Shown one piece after another: positions 38,478-52,468 of a stretch of 64,000 bases of DNA. How positions within the stretch are numbered: position 1 is the stretch's first letter; every line of letters begins with the position of its first letter. The translations under genes and the position numbers were made by a program. Under the pieces are notes generated by a model. That model ran no database searches. It had not been told where the DNA came from and saw only the letters and a list, made by a program, of their open reading frames with translations. The stretch comes from Patellaria atrata CBS 101060 (taxonomy: Eukaryota): contig MU006115.1 of NCBI GenBank assembly GCA_010093705.1, positions 150,678-214,677 on the forward strand. The letters are read 5' to 3'.

Positions 38478-40050
38478 GGCGAAACTGTGCTGTATCTACG
38501 CTAGATGGTCAATCGGTCTCAAGGGCAAAGACGTGTCTTATATAAAATCTGAAGCCACGTTCCAGCAGCAAGCCTCTGGCGCCGCAGGCAACAACATTTC
38601 CGCTTTTCTCACCTTACGTCGTAGTGGGCTGGCCTGATACGGGCAGCTTGCAGAAATGTCTGGCCTGACCCGTCCCATCATTGGCCAAACAACCGATAGG
38701 CAAATCGATATCTTCAGCCATTTGCCAGCGTCCCCGGGGAGTGAATCTGCGGCTAATTCACGTTGGGGTCTTGTGGCTTACCAATTTGCTACACCGTCCT
38801 CTTCCATTCTATATATCCGCCAAATGAACACTGTGCTGTGTAAAGGGCAAGTTTCTCATCCACCCGACCATCGGGTCATATGTACGTACGTACAATTAGG
38901 CATCATAGTGTCAAATAGATTCAGTGAGCCTGGCGAACCTTACACTGCCATGTAGTCTACAATGAATATTCTGGCACGTAAGACACGGTATGATTCTTAC
39001 CCCCCAAATTAAAGAATTTTACTATCTTTAAGGTTATTTCAACATCAAGCCCCATCGACCCCCTGCGTCTCGGCGCGGAGAGAACGCCACGAACGTCTAC
39101 CTGCAGTACCTTTATATTTGTACAAGTACCTACTTGCAAAACGCAGAACTGCCCTTAACCTACCGTTCCTCTGCACATAGGTAAAAACGTGTATGGGAAT
39201 ATTCTTAGACCCCTTGCATTTCCTGGATATGGTCCTAACGTCCACTCACCCCTATTCTTACAGTAGCCAGTCAATCTAGGTGCAGCACCACAGCACATAT
39301 CACGAAGCGTAATCATCATCCACCCCCTCTGGTGCATCTGTACTGTATTTCCCCTCCTCAGCAGGGATTAGACGAACGCCACCTATCCCAGTCAGTTATC
39401 AAGAAACGTCCAATAAAACATTTCTAATCACCATCGCTTGCTCCTCTCGCGCCCTCCCTTTTCCCGAGCTTTTCGGAAATCGTCTGAAGTAATGTGACAC
39501 ATCCAGTACTTTACAACGTTTGCGGGATTAAGAAGACCAGCTATATTACCAGAAATGGTGGATGGTAGGCGATGCAAGGCTGAAGTCGAGTTGGGGGTGG
39601 AGCGAAGAGGCTGTAAGGTAGTTCTACTGCACCCTCTCTATACGGATAAGAAAGTAGAAAGGTGATGCATCTCACTTACATTCCCTCGAGTAAAGTGAGA
39701 TGTGTGTGACGTCCTTGGTTCCCGTACCGTTGTTTCGATGAACTACTCCCAAAAGAACGATACACATTCTATTTTCGAGAAAAGGAGTACTTGTCTACGT
39801 CCCCTACTCCGCACGGGAAAGGGAGAGTTCTAGGTTGATATAATATCAATCCTTTGTTATTAACCTCTCTTCTCATTCGGCAAGGCTAGCGATTCACCTT
39901 TCGGTTTCTTCTATCCGTCACGATACACGTTTATCACACAACTGCTCTTGCGGGTGCACTGTACATTGCGCGAGCACTACACAGTAAGCGAGCGTACAGC
40001 GTACAGAAAAGTCGGGGACTAGTTCCAGTACGCGAAGAACTTTATAGAAG

Positions 40051-41785
40051 ATGGTCATCTACTAGTCTCTAAACAAAGGAGAGATATGTTTATTATCCAT
40101 AAACTCATCCGAAGACCTCGGCAATAAATTCCACTGTACCCTTCGCAAAGTTTCATTAGATGACCTACCAGAATATGTAGCTATCTCCTACGTCTGGGGG
40201 AATATCATGGACCCGGAACTAATCACACTAAACGGTACCGAATTCACCATCACGCGCAATCTCACATCGACACTGAAGCACATTCGCGCAGATAAGATGA
40301 TGGAAGACCCATTGCAGAGCCCGCAAATCGCGAATTACCCAAGATATGTATGGGCGGATGCAGCCTGCATCAACCAGTGCGATAAAGACGAGAAGACACC
40401 AGGTGCAGCGGATAGCAGAGATTTACAGCAAAGCTGTCGTGGTCTTGCCTTGGCTAGGCCCAGAAAGCGCTGTAATGAATTTGGCGCTCCTCATGATTAG
40501 AGTGGTTGGTAAAGCCTATCGAGATGCACAAGGCGAGCATTGGGGGGAAAAGATCCCTCTGCGCTTTTGAGAGCACGATGATGGTGACCCTACTTCGATT
40601 GGATGAAGCTTTGGTCGAAGATCACTCTGTTGCCCACTGATATAATAAAAATCGTCCGGACTATAAAGGTGTTTGGAGGTATGAAGCTCCGCTTCTGGTT
40701 CACACACAATCTAATGGCTACGGATCCGCGGGACAAGCTCTTTGCGTTCTATGGTTTAGGATTTTGTCCAATCGAGCCTGACTATACTCTAGATACCAGG
40801 CGATATATACCAACGCTGCTATACGATGAGCAGAGGCCGGAGATCTGCACAGATGTTTCTGTTGCAGTGGAATAGGGTTCGAAAGTGAGACTCAACTTGA
40901 CCTCCCATCCTGGGCGCCTGATTGGGATTCTTTGGTCAAAGCTCGGCAAAACTATATGTGGCAGAGAGGGCTGACACCTACTCAATATTTTGCTTACAAA
41001 TTTTGCACAGTTCTCGGAAAGTATCAAGCAAGTGTATCATTAAATGTTATACTGATGACGGTCAGCGACATAGGTATATTGCAAGCTTCCGGTGTGCATT
41101 GCGCTGAAGCAGAATATGTCCATGAGAGCTGTTCCTGGGATTTAGAAGAGTATCTTCGCGTGGGCCAAGGGTCTGCCTCTCACTCAATACCGCCCTTACA
41201 GTATGTGGTCCGCACGATGATAGTCGATCCCTATCCAGATACGGAAGAACGCCTTAGTGAAGATCCGTTGAGACGGAAAAAGTAGCACGGTGCTTAATAG
41301 GGCATTTGGACTCAACACATAGTGTGGTCAAGCAGTTTCGTACGTTGGTATCTGGCATGGATTCGCTATTCTCTCTATACGGTTGGGATTCAGAGGCTGA
41401 GAGTTTGGCAGACTTTTGCCAGAAACAGTTCTTGTCGGAAGAGCAGATCACTGCGCGCGGTACGATGTCGTGGCCTCCAGAAGAAGAGTATCTGATTCAA
41501 GATCAAATTAAGACATTAACTGCGACTCTATCTTGCACTGAACTGCTCAAATGTGGTGCTGTCTTTCAAATACCGGGGCGTTCTATAGGACTTGGACCAC
41601 GCGGTATACTTGTTCATGATCAGATATGGGTTCTAAGTGGTTGCCGATTTCCTGTTCTGCAACGTATGGATGGTGAGCGATAGCAATTTATAGGGCCATG
41701 CTTTGTGCTTTACCCGATGGATGGCCAGATTGCTGAACTGATTTCAAGGGGAGAAGCCGAGCTGAGAAGGGTGGAGATACAATAA
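40051..41785 (+). pseudogene. HET-6-like HET-domain pseudogene
   Basis: MVIY*SLNKGEICLL, YVAISYVWG, VWADAACINQ, a frameshift near 40395 into QVQRIAEIYSKA, ATDPRDKLFA and GLGP...DQIWVLSGCRFP...*QFIGPCFV; multiple stops and frameshifts. Confidence 0.85.
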
Positions 41786-42380
41786 CATAGAATAATATTT
41801 ATGCCTGACGGAACCAAAATCCAGAAATTTAATGAAAAGAAGATATGAGCGATAGGAAAAACAGACCAATACCTGGACAACTGTTGAGAAACCTGTACTT
41901 CTATCTGGTCAATCAGCTGTATCTCCCCATACATGCGCTCATCCCCTTCACTGCAGAGTGCGTAGACAATAAAGGTGCACCTACAGGACATGGCCAGTTG
42001 CTTATATGTACTGTTTGCGAGGGCACCACTGTACGTTCTTCCGTTTTCTATAGTAGATTCAGAGACTACAGATAGTTAGTTAAGCTTCGTAAAGGGATAG
42101 AGACAAAATTGGGGTAGTGCACGGGAGGTGAAATTCCCGGTGTGAGGTTGCATCAAACTTCAAGGCCTTCTTTTCTGGGGTAGTTTCACCCGACCAATCG
42201 CATCGCCCGAGTACTGATCCATCCAATGATGTTGCTCTCTCCGCATCCCACCAGCGATGAAAACAATAAAAGGGATTGACGAGACGGTAACCTCTCGTCT
42301 TCTCCCCTTCTTGTACATCCAGAGACCTGAAGAGATACATATACTTACCTTACCTGCACATTCTTTTACAGCTTTCCACT

Positions 42381-43266
42381 ATGGTCTCAACGCGCCACCA
42401 TCCCTCGGACTTCCCACCGCCGCAATTCTCCCCCTCAAAAGGGTCTTCCAAGGCGAACTCTGTACGCGCTGACTCCACGCCGCCTCCTACAACCGTGTCG
42501 AAGCGTAGCGCACCGGTGATGGCCTCAGGTTGGTCGCACACGCCGTCGAAACTGACGCTGATTTGGCTCGTCGTCTCCTTGCCGTTAGTTGTGTGGGACG
42601 CGACCTATGTCTTTCTTAGACCTCACAGTATGCCTGGCGGATCGTTACATTGGCCCTGGAAACCATACTCCATATATGCCTATGTCGATCTGGTATACGG
42701 GTTTCCAGCATGGGAGTCGAACGATGGCTTTACCGCTGCGCAATCGGCTCTCAATATGGTCGAGACGACCGCGTATACGATATACTTGTATCTCGTATTT
42801 AAACACGGAACAACCAGGCACATAGAGGGACGAGGAGCAAAGAAGAGTTTGGTGGGACCGTTAGCGGAAGCGCGAGTGTTAGATGGGAGACTTGCCGCCG
42901 TCGCAACTCTAATTGGATTTGCGACGGCAGTCATGACGATGAGCAAAACTGTTTTATATGGTACGTTGTCCAGTATATCAATCTAACTATGGGATGCTAG
43001 ATTGAGAGACCATAGGGATGAACGAAGCTTGCTCTGGATTCAAACATATCGGCCATAATACCATCGGAGACTTGCTTCAGTATTGGATACTACCTAAGTA
43101 AGTAGCTAAACCTACTATGAGTGAACGGCTTACTACTAAACGGTGCTGATGAATGACTAGCGGGCTCTGGCTCACATTCTCAGCATACATGACATATAAT
43201 TTCGCGACTGAGATCCTGGAGGGTCTAGAAATAGCTGCTCAATCATCCACGAAGAAGACGCAATAA
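42381..43266 (+). CDS. Small multi-pass membrane protein (EXPERA/EBP-like fungal family); 3 exons
   Basis: WSHTPSKLTLIWL...VWDATYVFLRPHSMPGG, YAYVDLVYG, GFTAAQSALN, MTMSKTVLY and WILPNGLW; ends KKTQ* (ER-retrieval-like). Confidence 0.75.
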
Positions 43267-43820
43267 ATACAAATGATGAGTGGGCAAACAGAATTCTGTT
43301 CTCCACATTAGCTGGATGATTTCTGATGAGTAGAGACTTTTGATAGCATCAGACCTACTCTTTCTCACTTATCCTTCTGTCTCAGCCAGGTCCAGCGGTT
43401 ACTGAAATCTTTTACACTTGATAAAATTTAAGAAGAGACGTATAACTTAAGCTTTACCGGAGGTTCCCTCTTGTGCTTTTTTTTTAAAAAAAAAAAAGAA
43501 TAGAAAAGCAGTTGTTTAAGCTCCAAGACGGGATAGAGCTACGTTTGGCGGGAAAGATATCGACCCGTTGCAGATAAGGCCTTGTAACGGGGGTAAACAA
43601 TATTGGACTGCAGTTTAATGGGTGCAGGTATTCCACTCAGAGATATGGAGTGAAGTAGCATTATTTAAATCTAGCTTTCTTCGAACTCTCACGTGCTTAT
43701 ATCGAATTTATCGTTTTCAAAGCCTCGTCAAATAGCGACTCAAGGTTCACAGCCGTACTCCGTTATCTGCATCCGAGACCTTAAAAGCAAGCAATGAGAC
43801 CAACATAACCTCCCTCAACC

Positions 43821-45027
43821 TTACTCTTCCGCGGTATAAGCTTCGGGACCGCCCTCTTCTCCTTGTTGCTCCGAAGCCCTCTGCGCCTCCGCGGCTTGTT
43901 GGGCAGCTAATGCTTTCGCGCCGTAGTCCTGGCTCATAGGTTGAACGACAGGTTGCTCCTCCTTCGGCTCGATGATGGTAACGGAGTCTGGAAGAGACTT
44001 CTGCGGGCCAGACTTGCCCTCTGGATCTGAGCCGCGCATGATTTTGACCTTGATCCCAAGCACACCCTGGCGGAGAAGAACGTGACGTGTGGCGGTATCA
44101 ATGAAGTCTTTCGCAGGTTGACCGGAGTGGATCATGAAGCCGTCCTGCGCCATATTAGTTTATTGGTCGCTAATACAGCAGCTCAAAAACGAACTGTGAA
44201 TTTCATGCTCTTGGCACGAGCAGCCCTCAGCTTTCCGCTAACAACAACCTCGCAACCCTTGGCGCCACTCTCCATGATGAATCTAAGAACACCATAGCAT
44301 GCTCGCCTGACAGCTAGACCATTGAGAAGCTTGTAACGCAGAGACTCGCATTGCGCCACAGCAGAGAGACCACGGTTTTGAACTTTAGCGGCGTAGAGAG
44401 AGACGGAGTTTTCGGGAAACTTGAAGCGCTTTTGAATAAGAGAGGTGAGTTCGCGAATGCGACGACCTTGCTCGCCCAAAACCTCTTGTGTGTGGGTTGC
44501 GCGGATGATGATATCGGTCACGGTGGGAGTGACGCGAACTTCTACACCGGAATAACCTTCCTCGGATAACTCACGAGTGAAAAACTCGCTATAGATTGTT
44601 AGATAACTGTGGATATAGATCATACGGCCGCGAATGTACTAGGGATCGATGTAGGAGGAGCGGGGTCAAAAGAGAAGGGGGAATTACTTCTATGACATGT
44701 CAGTAACCAAACCAAACGAGACAATATAGAGAAACGTACAATTTCAGCAAAGAAGAGACCGTCTGGTTTTGAAAAAGTTAGCAAATATACTAATAATGCC
44801 CGGCCAAAGTGATATGGGCCTTCAAAATGCATTTTACAACTCCATATCGATCTTATGTGCCCATGTTGAAATCTAGGACCTGAAATTTGGTTCACAGGAG
44901 AGAGAAAATGACTTATTCCATACCTGCGACGAACTTTCTCCGCTTGGAGCTGCAACCAGTCAGCCGAAAACATCATTGGGAATGGGTCGATCAATCCTTA
45001 CATTGCACCAGCTTGAGCAGCAGCCAT
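43821..45027 (-). CDS. RPS3: 40S ribosomal protein S3 (uS3); includes a 2-nt micro-exon
   Basis: [47 protein letters not shown]...[13 protein letters not shown]...[17 protein letters not shown]. Confidence 0.97.
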
Positions 45028-45493
45028 ATTAGCGATTCGATAAGATACAACAAAGTACCTCGATTAAAGCTGGTAGAAAAAGGTGGCGCTGCTGTTAGCC
45101 TTGAAATTGAAAGTGTCTGTGAAATTGAGGTCGACGATATTCTGAAATGGTTGAAATGTGCTGATAGTGCGACGCCAAGAGATCGCTTGCTTCTTGAGGT
45201 CGGTGGGTTATAGATCAATCTTATCTAATCAAAGCAGATGACCCCAGTCAATATTCCGCTTCCATGCTCATGTCGATCACACCGCAGACTCGTACTAGAG
45301 CACGCATCTTCTATTCTCCAGGATTACCTTACAGTACCGCCTTCCAGAAGATGATTAGCATACCTTCGATTTCAGGGAAAATATTTACCTCCAGCTGACG
45401 GAACCTCGAATGTTTTAGCAAATTGCACGCTGAGAGTTAGGTAGAGCCAGCCGTCTACGGAAACCCGACGTCAGCCCTTGTCCTTCTGGTGTC

Positions 45494-47838
45494 ATGGACA
45501 GAATCAAAGTGTCCAAGGCAAGCCTCGATAGACACTATTCACTGGAAATCAGCTAACAATATATCAGGTCGAAGACGTAACATTATGGAGACAAGGGACT
45601 CGTTTTCAAGGAACCCTTCATCTCACTTCTCACCACCTCATTTTCAGCTATACCCAGCCCTCTCCTATAGAAGATTCCGACAACAAACCACGGAAGCGTG
45701 AAATATGGATAACATATCCCATGATAGGTTTTTGCACCTTCAGACCCGCTCCGCCAGCATCCCACCAACCCCCTTCAATCCGACTACGGTGTAGGGACTT
45801 TACATTCATCGCATTCCACTTCCTCTCCGAAAACAGTGCCCGAGACGTTTATGACACTATAAAGTCCTTGAGTTGTCGGTTAGGGAGACTAGAAAGGCTA
45901 TACGCTTTCCACTTCAAGCCACATCCGCCAGAAAAGGATATAAACGGTTGGGAGCTTTACGATGCCAGAAAGGAATTCGCCCGATTAGGCATCAGCGAAG
46001 AGAACCCTGATGTAGGATGGAGAATATCTGAAATAAACAAGGACTTTCAATACTCACAAACATATCCCTCTTTACTAGTGGTGCCCTCGAGTATTTCAGA
46101 TAATGTCCTCAACTATGCTGGCAGATATAGGTCGCGCGCCCGCATACCTGCGTTGTCCTACCTACACTCTGTGAATAGTTGTTCAATCACGCGGAGTTCT
46201 CAGCCACTTGTTGGGGTTAGGAATAACAGAAGTGCCCAGGATGAAAAGCTCGTAGCTGCTATATTTTCCAGTTCAAGAACCGATGTCGAGTCCCTTGATT
46301 CCTCAGGAAGTACGCCGCACCCCGGTGTGACCAGTCCGAATAATAGCTCAGTTCATCTTCAAACTTCTAGTATGGAAAGTTCGTTTGTTGACGCTGAAGC
46401 ACTTGAAGATGCTGCCATCGCGCGTGCCAATGAGGAGAGCAAATCGCGGCAGCGAGTGTACGGTGCGCAGCAGAGCAACCTGATAGTTGACGCGCGCCCT
46501 ACGGTAAACGCGTTCGCAATGCAAGTTGCTGGTGCAGGATCAGAAAATATGGATAATTACAAGTTTGCAACTAAGGCATATTTAGGTATCGACAATATCC
46601 ACGTTATGAGAGATTCCTTGACCAAAGTTATCGAAACTTTAAAAGACTCGGACTTGACACCCCTCCCTCCTAATAGGGAGCTACTAGCCAAAAGCGGTTG
46701 GTTGAAGCACATATCAAACATGCTAGATGGCGCAAGTTTGATTGCACGGCAGGTCGGCATCCATCACTCACACGTATTGATTCATTGCTCCGATGGTTGG
46801 GACCGGACAAGCCAACTGAGTGCCCTAAGCCAATTGATGCTTGACCCATATTACCGTACAATTGATGGATTCATTATTCTTGTCGAGAAGGACTGGTTAT
46901 CTTTTGGCCATATGTTCCGCCACCGATCTGGATTTATGGGCAGTGACAAATGGTTCGACGTAGAGAACGAACGTATCTCAGGTAATAGACTTAGTACTAA
47001 CGGTAACGGGACGACAGGCGGAGGGAGTAACGCCCTTGAGAATGCTCTTGCGAGTGCACGCGCATTTCTAAAGAAGAATGACAGCAAAGAAGACCTAGTC
47101 GGTCCCGATGGTGAAATGCGTCCGTACGATTCACCTACACAGAAACCGAATACCACTCCCGGAAAAGATGTAACTGATATAGTAATCACCAAAGTCAAAG
47201 AGACGAGTCCAGTTTTCCACCAATTTTTGGATGCTACTTATCAACTGCTCTATCAGCATCCGACGAGATTTGAGTTCAATGAAAGATTCCTACGACGGCT
47301 TTTCTATCATCTGTACTCGTGCCAGTATGGCACATTTCTTTACGATAATGAGAAACAGAGAAGAGAAGCTAGAGTACACGAGAAAACAAGAAGCGTCTGG
47401 GGCTACTTCCTCTCTCGCAAACAGGAATTCATCAACGAGCAGTATGAACGTACTATAGATGACAATGTCCGAGGTCAAGAGCGACTCCTATTTCCTCGCC
47501 TGCACGAAACCAGGTGGTGGGCGGAACTCTTCGGTCGAACCGACGCAGAGATGAATGGGCCGACAGCAAGTCGCGACGACCTCGGCAGCCTGGTATTGAC
47601 AGGTGTCGAGACCGCTAATATGAGTGCTGGCGACACTCCGAAAAACCTTGCTCGTCTATCAGAGGACAACGCTGCTCTATCGGCCGGATATGCAAATCTC
47701 CGCGCTGGATCGTCGACACCAAATTCTCGTTCCCGGAGCCCTGCCATGGCGAGGATGGATGATCTCCACTCGAGGAATCATTCCAGGTCGCGGAGTCCTG
47801 CCATCCAGAAGGTGGGAATGGAAATGGAACTGCAATAA
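45494..47838 (+). CDS. YMR1: Myotubularin-family phosphoinositide 3-phosphatase; 2 exons
   Basis: MDRIKVSK|VEDVTL...GTLHLTSHHLIF, RSRARIPALSY, catalytic VLIHCSDGWDRT, EKDWLSFGH and SPVFHQFLD. Confidence 0.93.
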
Positions 47839-48679
47839 GGGATCTGCTGCCGGATCATCGGCTAGTGCATTATACCTAGTCAGGTTTATATTGAGGAATT
47901 CTTGCTTCCTGGTCCATTCGGGTTTGTATTCTTAGTATTTGAGGTGTGTTACATCCACGGAAGTTTCCTCTGGCGTTTGAATAGTTATGACAGTAATGAT
48001 ACTCTAATACACTCGACGAATGACGTGCAATCAAAAGCTGCTTTTCCCAAGTAATTCTATTGATATCCAAGATTCGGGAGCGATACACTTTTCCAAGGGC
48101 TCTTAATACACTGAAAAGTGGACACTGATTAGTGACATGTATTCCCCTTCTCATCCTATCCACCTCATACTCCCATCCGCGCTAGTTGCGTACCGTTTAT
48201 ACTTGTGTGAGAAAAAACCGAGCTATCTAACAGGGTATTACCAGACTACTGTACTGTACGCCCATCTACTCCCTCTTCCCCTCGTACAGTACTGTATAGC
48301 ACCGTACACGTCAGATATTACAGCAAACCGCATTCAGTACACGACAAGGAGCGAAACCTGGGGTTCTTAACTGCCCACGACTCTACGTATACGTCAATAG
48401 TACGTAGTACAGCCAGAGTAATAGCCGAAAAAGGGAGGTCCGTTCACATCACAGTTTTAAGATTGGGGGTATTATATTGAGTGTAAATATCTATCAGCCG
48501 TGAGTGAGAAGTGTGATCTCCTTCAAAAGGGTGCAGAGTGGGATATCGAACGCCGAGCAATGGAAGTGTCGTACTTTAAAAAGAAAAGGGAGGATATAAA
48601 ATGAACAATGCATGTCCAGTAACGCTATGCATGGAAACCGGGGAAGGAAAAAGTTGGCTGGTCCCACACCCATATCTAC

Positions 48680-51214
48680 TTAGTCCCAACCTGCAAACCA
48701 AGTCCAAATCCCATCTTCATATGCCAGAGCCCGCGTAACAGCCACAGCCAGTGCACCCAGCACACTGGCACCACCCAAGACCTGCATAACGATCAATCCC
48801 CTCTCGAAAGCAGCCTCCCACTCCGACAGGCCCAGCGGATCCCTGGGATCGACGCCAACTCCACCCCTTTTAGCCCAGTGCTCAGCCCTCTCCTTCTTTT
48901 TGGCCTGCTGGTCTCTAAGGTCGACGCCCATTTCACTGCGTCTCGTGAGACCCCAGTCGTTTTCAGCGTGGATATCATGACTTGGGGGGCTGGCGACAAT
49001 GTGACCATCTTGGACGGCTTCATTGACGCGCTCGAGAAGCCACTGCCCGCGTCGTTGGCGGTGGAGCTGTTCGTAGCGCTCGCGTTCATTGGCGAGACTA
49101 CGCTGTAGATCTGACGCCCACTTTGCTAAGCGTACTTGGGCGAGGTGTTCTTCATATTGAGCGTGGTCTCTCAAGCGCGCCAAGGTATACGAATGGGGGC
49201 CGATCGTGTCGCTAAGCGACAATGAATTTGATAACGGATCCGAAATTTGGTTGTGACTAGGATAGAAAAGTGAAGCGTGGGAACTCGGCCTGGGGACGAG
49301 GACTTGAGAAGGGCTGGGTGCACTTAATGCCAAAGAAGCTGTAGAGAGTGCTGGTGAGCCTGTCAAGGGTGTCCCATCGCTTGATGCACTTCGTATACTG
49401 AATGCCATAGAACCCGAGATCACCGGAGTACCAGAGGGGACCAGACCTGGGTATGTGTGATATCCAAGGCCGCTCAGAATTCGGCTGTTTCTCGATCCTG
49501 AATTTCGACTTCTCCAATCCAAAGACTTCTTGGCAGCAGAGTGTCGCAGCCACGCCATATTCTCTGGGTTAAAAACCTGCGTAATTAGAGATTTGAGTTC
49601 GGAAGGCACAAGTGGTTGTATGTAATCTGGAGACATCAAGAGACTTGCGTCCATTGTTTCATTGTCTGATGCGGGAGTGGAAGATATGGCGAATGGGGGA
49701 AGGGCAGGACTATAGGAGTCTACTGGGTCAGCGGGCTCCGTATCGAGCACTTTCGAGAATGCTTCCATGGTACTATCGTTAGTTTCACCAAATAGGAAGG
49801 GTCTTATAGACGATGTTTGGAATTGTCGGAGTATTGATGCTTTAAAAGAGCGGATTTCAGAAAGAGTTAGCATATCAGCTTTTCCAATAAGTGGAATGAC
49901 ATTTGTCAGGAGAGAAAGTTGACGAATCAACTCTAAATCTTTCGGTTTAATCTCTGCTTACGCGGTAAGTGTTTCTGACTGTGCGATGTAGGGTTAAACA
50001 TGATGCTTACCATGAGAAAAGAGGTAGAATACAACGTCTACATGAATCCCACCATGGCCACTGAGAATAGATAATACTTCGCTTTCGGTCATTGAAAGAA
50101 TAGATGAATTTCGTTGGAGAAGGGCCTCAATGTATGAGATGACAGGATCAGTAGATGTCCCTTCCTTGACTCGGCCTGGGGTATCAACAAAGCAGAGATT
50201 CCTTTCGAGTACGGTGTCATTAAAGCTCTTCCGTCGTTTCGATGATATTCTGCTATCTTCTATTTCGGACCACCAAGATGGATATGCTTTCGTACTACCA
50301 TATATTTCCGTGATCGCAATCGTACTATTATCATTAGGTTTCCGCCTCCTGGGTTTGGAAGGATTCTGGATTATAGGAGAACTAGGTGGAAGCGGATCCA
50401 CGTGAACTATATCATCACACAGTTGCACGATTGACCTAATGAGTGATGTTTTGCCAATACCTAGACACCAACACTTAGTATTACAATATACTCGACCTAA
50501 TCTCAATCACTTACCAGGTTCTCCTGTCACCAGTATCTTCAGTTTCCCCATACTCTTTCCTCTCTCGGTAAAAGGCCTTCGTTTTGGCATGCTGATACTT
50601 GGCATGACGAGCTGAGGAGCAGTACTATTGTTCAAAGCCTCCCTTTCTTCATGGTTCTCCTCATCTTCGCTGGTGGAAGCTATAGCTTGACTGGCAACAT
50701 CGTCCATGCCCTCCTCCTCATCTGTCAATCTAAAGGACTTAAGGGATACTGATCCAGGAGTACCTAAGTCTCCTAAGTCCGGCAGGGGCGATTCAAGCCG
50801 TAGTGGAGTGAGAGGATTCGACGCAACGGGAAGGTTTTGCACTTTGGCACGTTGCTGAGCCGGGCTTGCGTTCCTCGAACTCTGTTCAGAAATATCCTTC
50901 CCCTTGTGCCTAATAGTACTCTGCTCTAGTGCTTGAGAGCTGAGAGACCGCTTCTTCGGACTGCTCTTCGCGTTAGGATCGTTGTTTACGCTGTTGTCGT
51001 CGCCAAAAGCCGAACTTAAGGCATCTTCCAATGATTGTACTCCATATGTGCTTTCTCTTTGTCTCCCTTCAGATGCCGCCAGGGATTGTTCCATTTCCGT
51101 TTCGCTGCAGAGCAGGAATGTCATAGGTTGAGCATGAGCGGGCGCTGACGACCCTCCTCCACTGTGCTTGCGAGAACGGGAGGAAAGGGTATCACCGCCG
51201 ACCAGAGGTCGCAT
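48680..51214 (-). CDS. Septin-like P-loop GTPase with C-terminal membrane anchor; 3 exons
   Basis: KILVTGEPG|IGKT (G1, across intron 50514..50461), NLCFVDTPG (G3), VIPLIGKAD (G4), coiled-coil-like segment and hydrophobic tail VLGGASVLGALAVAV. Confidence 0.78.
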
Positions 51215-52468
51215 CTTGATACTCGCACGCGTCTAGAAATAGTCCGAGAGCAGTCCACCGGCGCGAGTGACTGTAAAATGCCGGAGAGGGTAAAGCTTGA
51301 AGGAGACAGATACGTGGACTTGGTGATGTCGTCGCGCTGCCCCTCCCCCCGCCTTGAAGCTAGGACCCCAAGGCAAACAGATCCCCGAATTCGGGGTTTC
51401 AAAAAACAGAAACCAAGTATTTCAAGTCCATAATATGGCGAAAGTAACTGAGTATGGGGAAGGGAGAGAGAGTGGAGGGAAATGGAGTACGGATAGTTAG
51501 GGGTACTTTGGGTTTACACGCATGGCATTCCCGAGCCTGTCTACCTTACCTTAAGGGTCCAAGGTCCTTTAACGGCTGTAGGCGGCACTAATCAATAGGA
51601 CAACATCCATCCCGTCACCCTTATCTCGATACCGTGACAATACTCCGAAGTGCAAGAAAGTCATCAAGTAGGCCCAAACAGAACTTTCTCACGAAGGACA
51701 GGACACACCGAATGATAACACGTCCACGGTTTAACCCGTTACTTGTTGTATAGTACAGACATTGTCTACCATTACAGGTGCTTCCGCCAGCGCCCTTAAT
51801 CCCCCCCTTTCTTTATCCGTTACTGTTCGAAAGGTTGAGAGCCATGAACAGTTCCTCTTTAAATACGCCACATCAGCAATTCATGTCGCGCCTTGTGATA
51901 CACAATAGACCGACAACTACCCCTCGTATACTAACCCTTCAGGCCCACGAGTATCTCATTTAGCAAGTCTTCCAGAACAACTGGAGATCTTATTCCTAGA
52001 CGTTGGTCGAGGTATGCCAGACACGGACTGGATCTCATAAACTTGAAAACACTGGGATAAAGACAAATACCGAAGAAGAGATATTAGGAAACACAAACAT
52101 CAAACGGAAGTAGCACAAACATAACATGAGTGCGGTGATATCAATCGCTATGCAACAGACCCAGCAGATATCGACGGGTAAGATGTATGAGCAGAATAAA
52201 GGATGCTAGTACTTTTCCCATCAAAGGGTTCTTATCACTTTTATGAAAAAGAATCATGACATCGCGACAAAGTAGAGTACAATTAATCGAAAATATGTGA
52301 ATCAAGAAGGCCAGACCGCAAAATCCGCTAGATTCAAAGTTGATCTCGGCCAAAGAACACAGTGAAGAGTGAGGAGGACAACTGGGGAAGGATATTGTGT
52401 ACGACCGTGTCCTCATCACATTTGGAAGCATTAATAATGGCCATTGTCGTGAATATCGGCCGAGAGCT

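Noticed and set aside
43272..43326. ATGATGA...CTGA, possible C/D snoRNA
   Set aside because: Only ~55 nt, directly after a stop codon, with no terminal stem or recognisable rRNA guide.
43474..43510. T-run/A-run palindrome resembling a terminator hairpin
   Set aside because: Eukaryotic poly(dA:dT) tract between convergent genes; similar tracts occur at ~2900 and ~35380.
44589..44739. Possible stwintron (nested twin intron) in RPS3
   Set aside because: The two bases between the introns are needed in the mRNA to encode Asn, so they are exonic rather than part of a split splice site.
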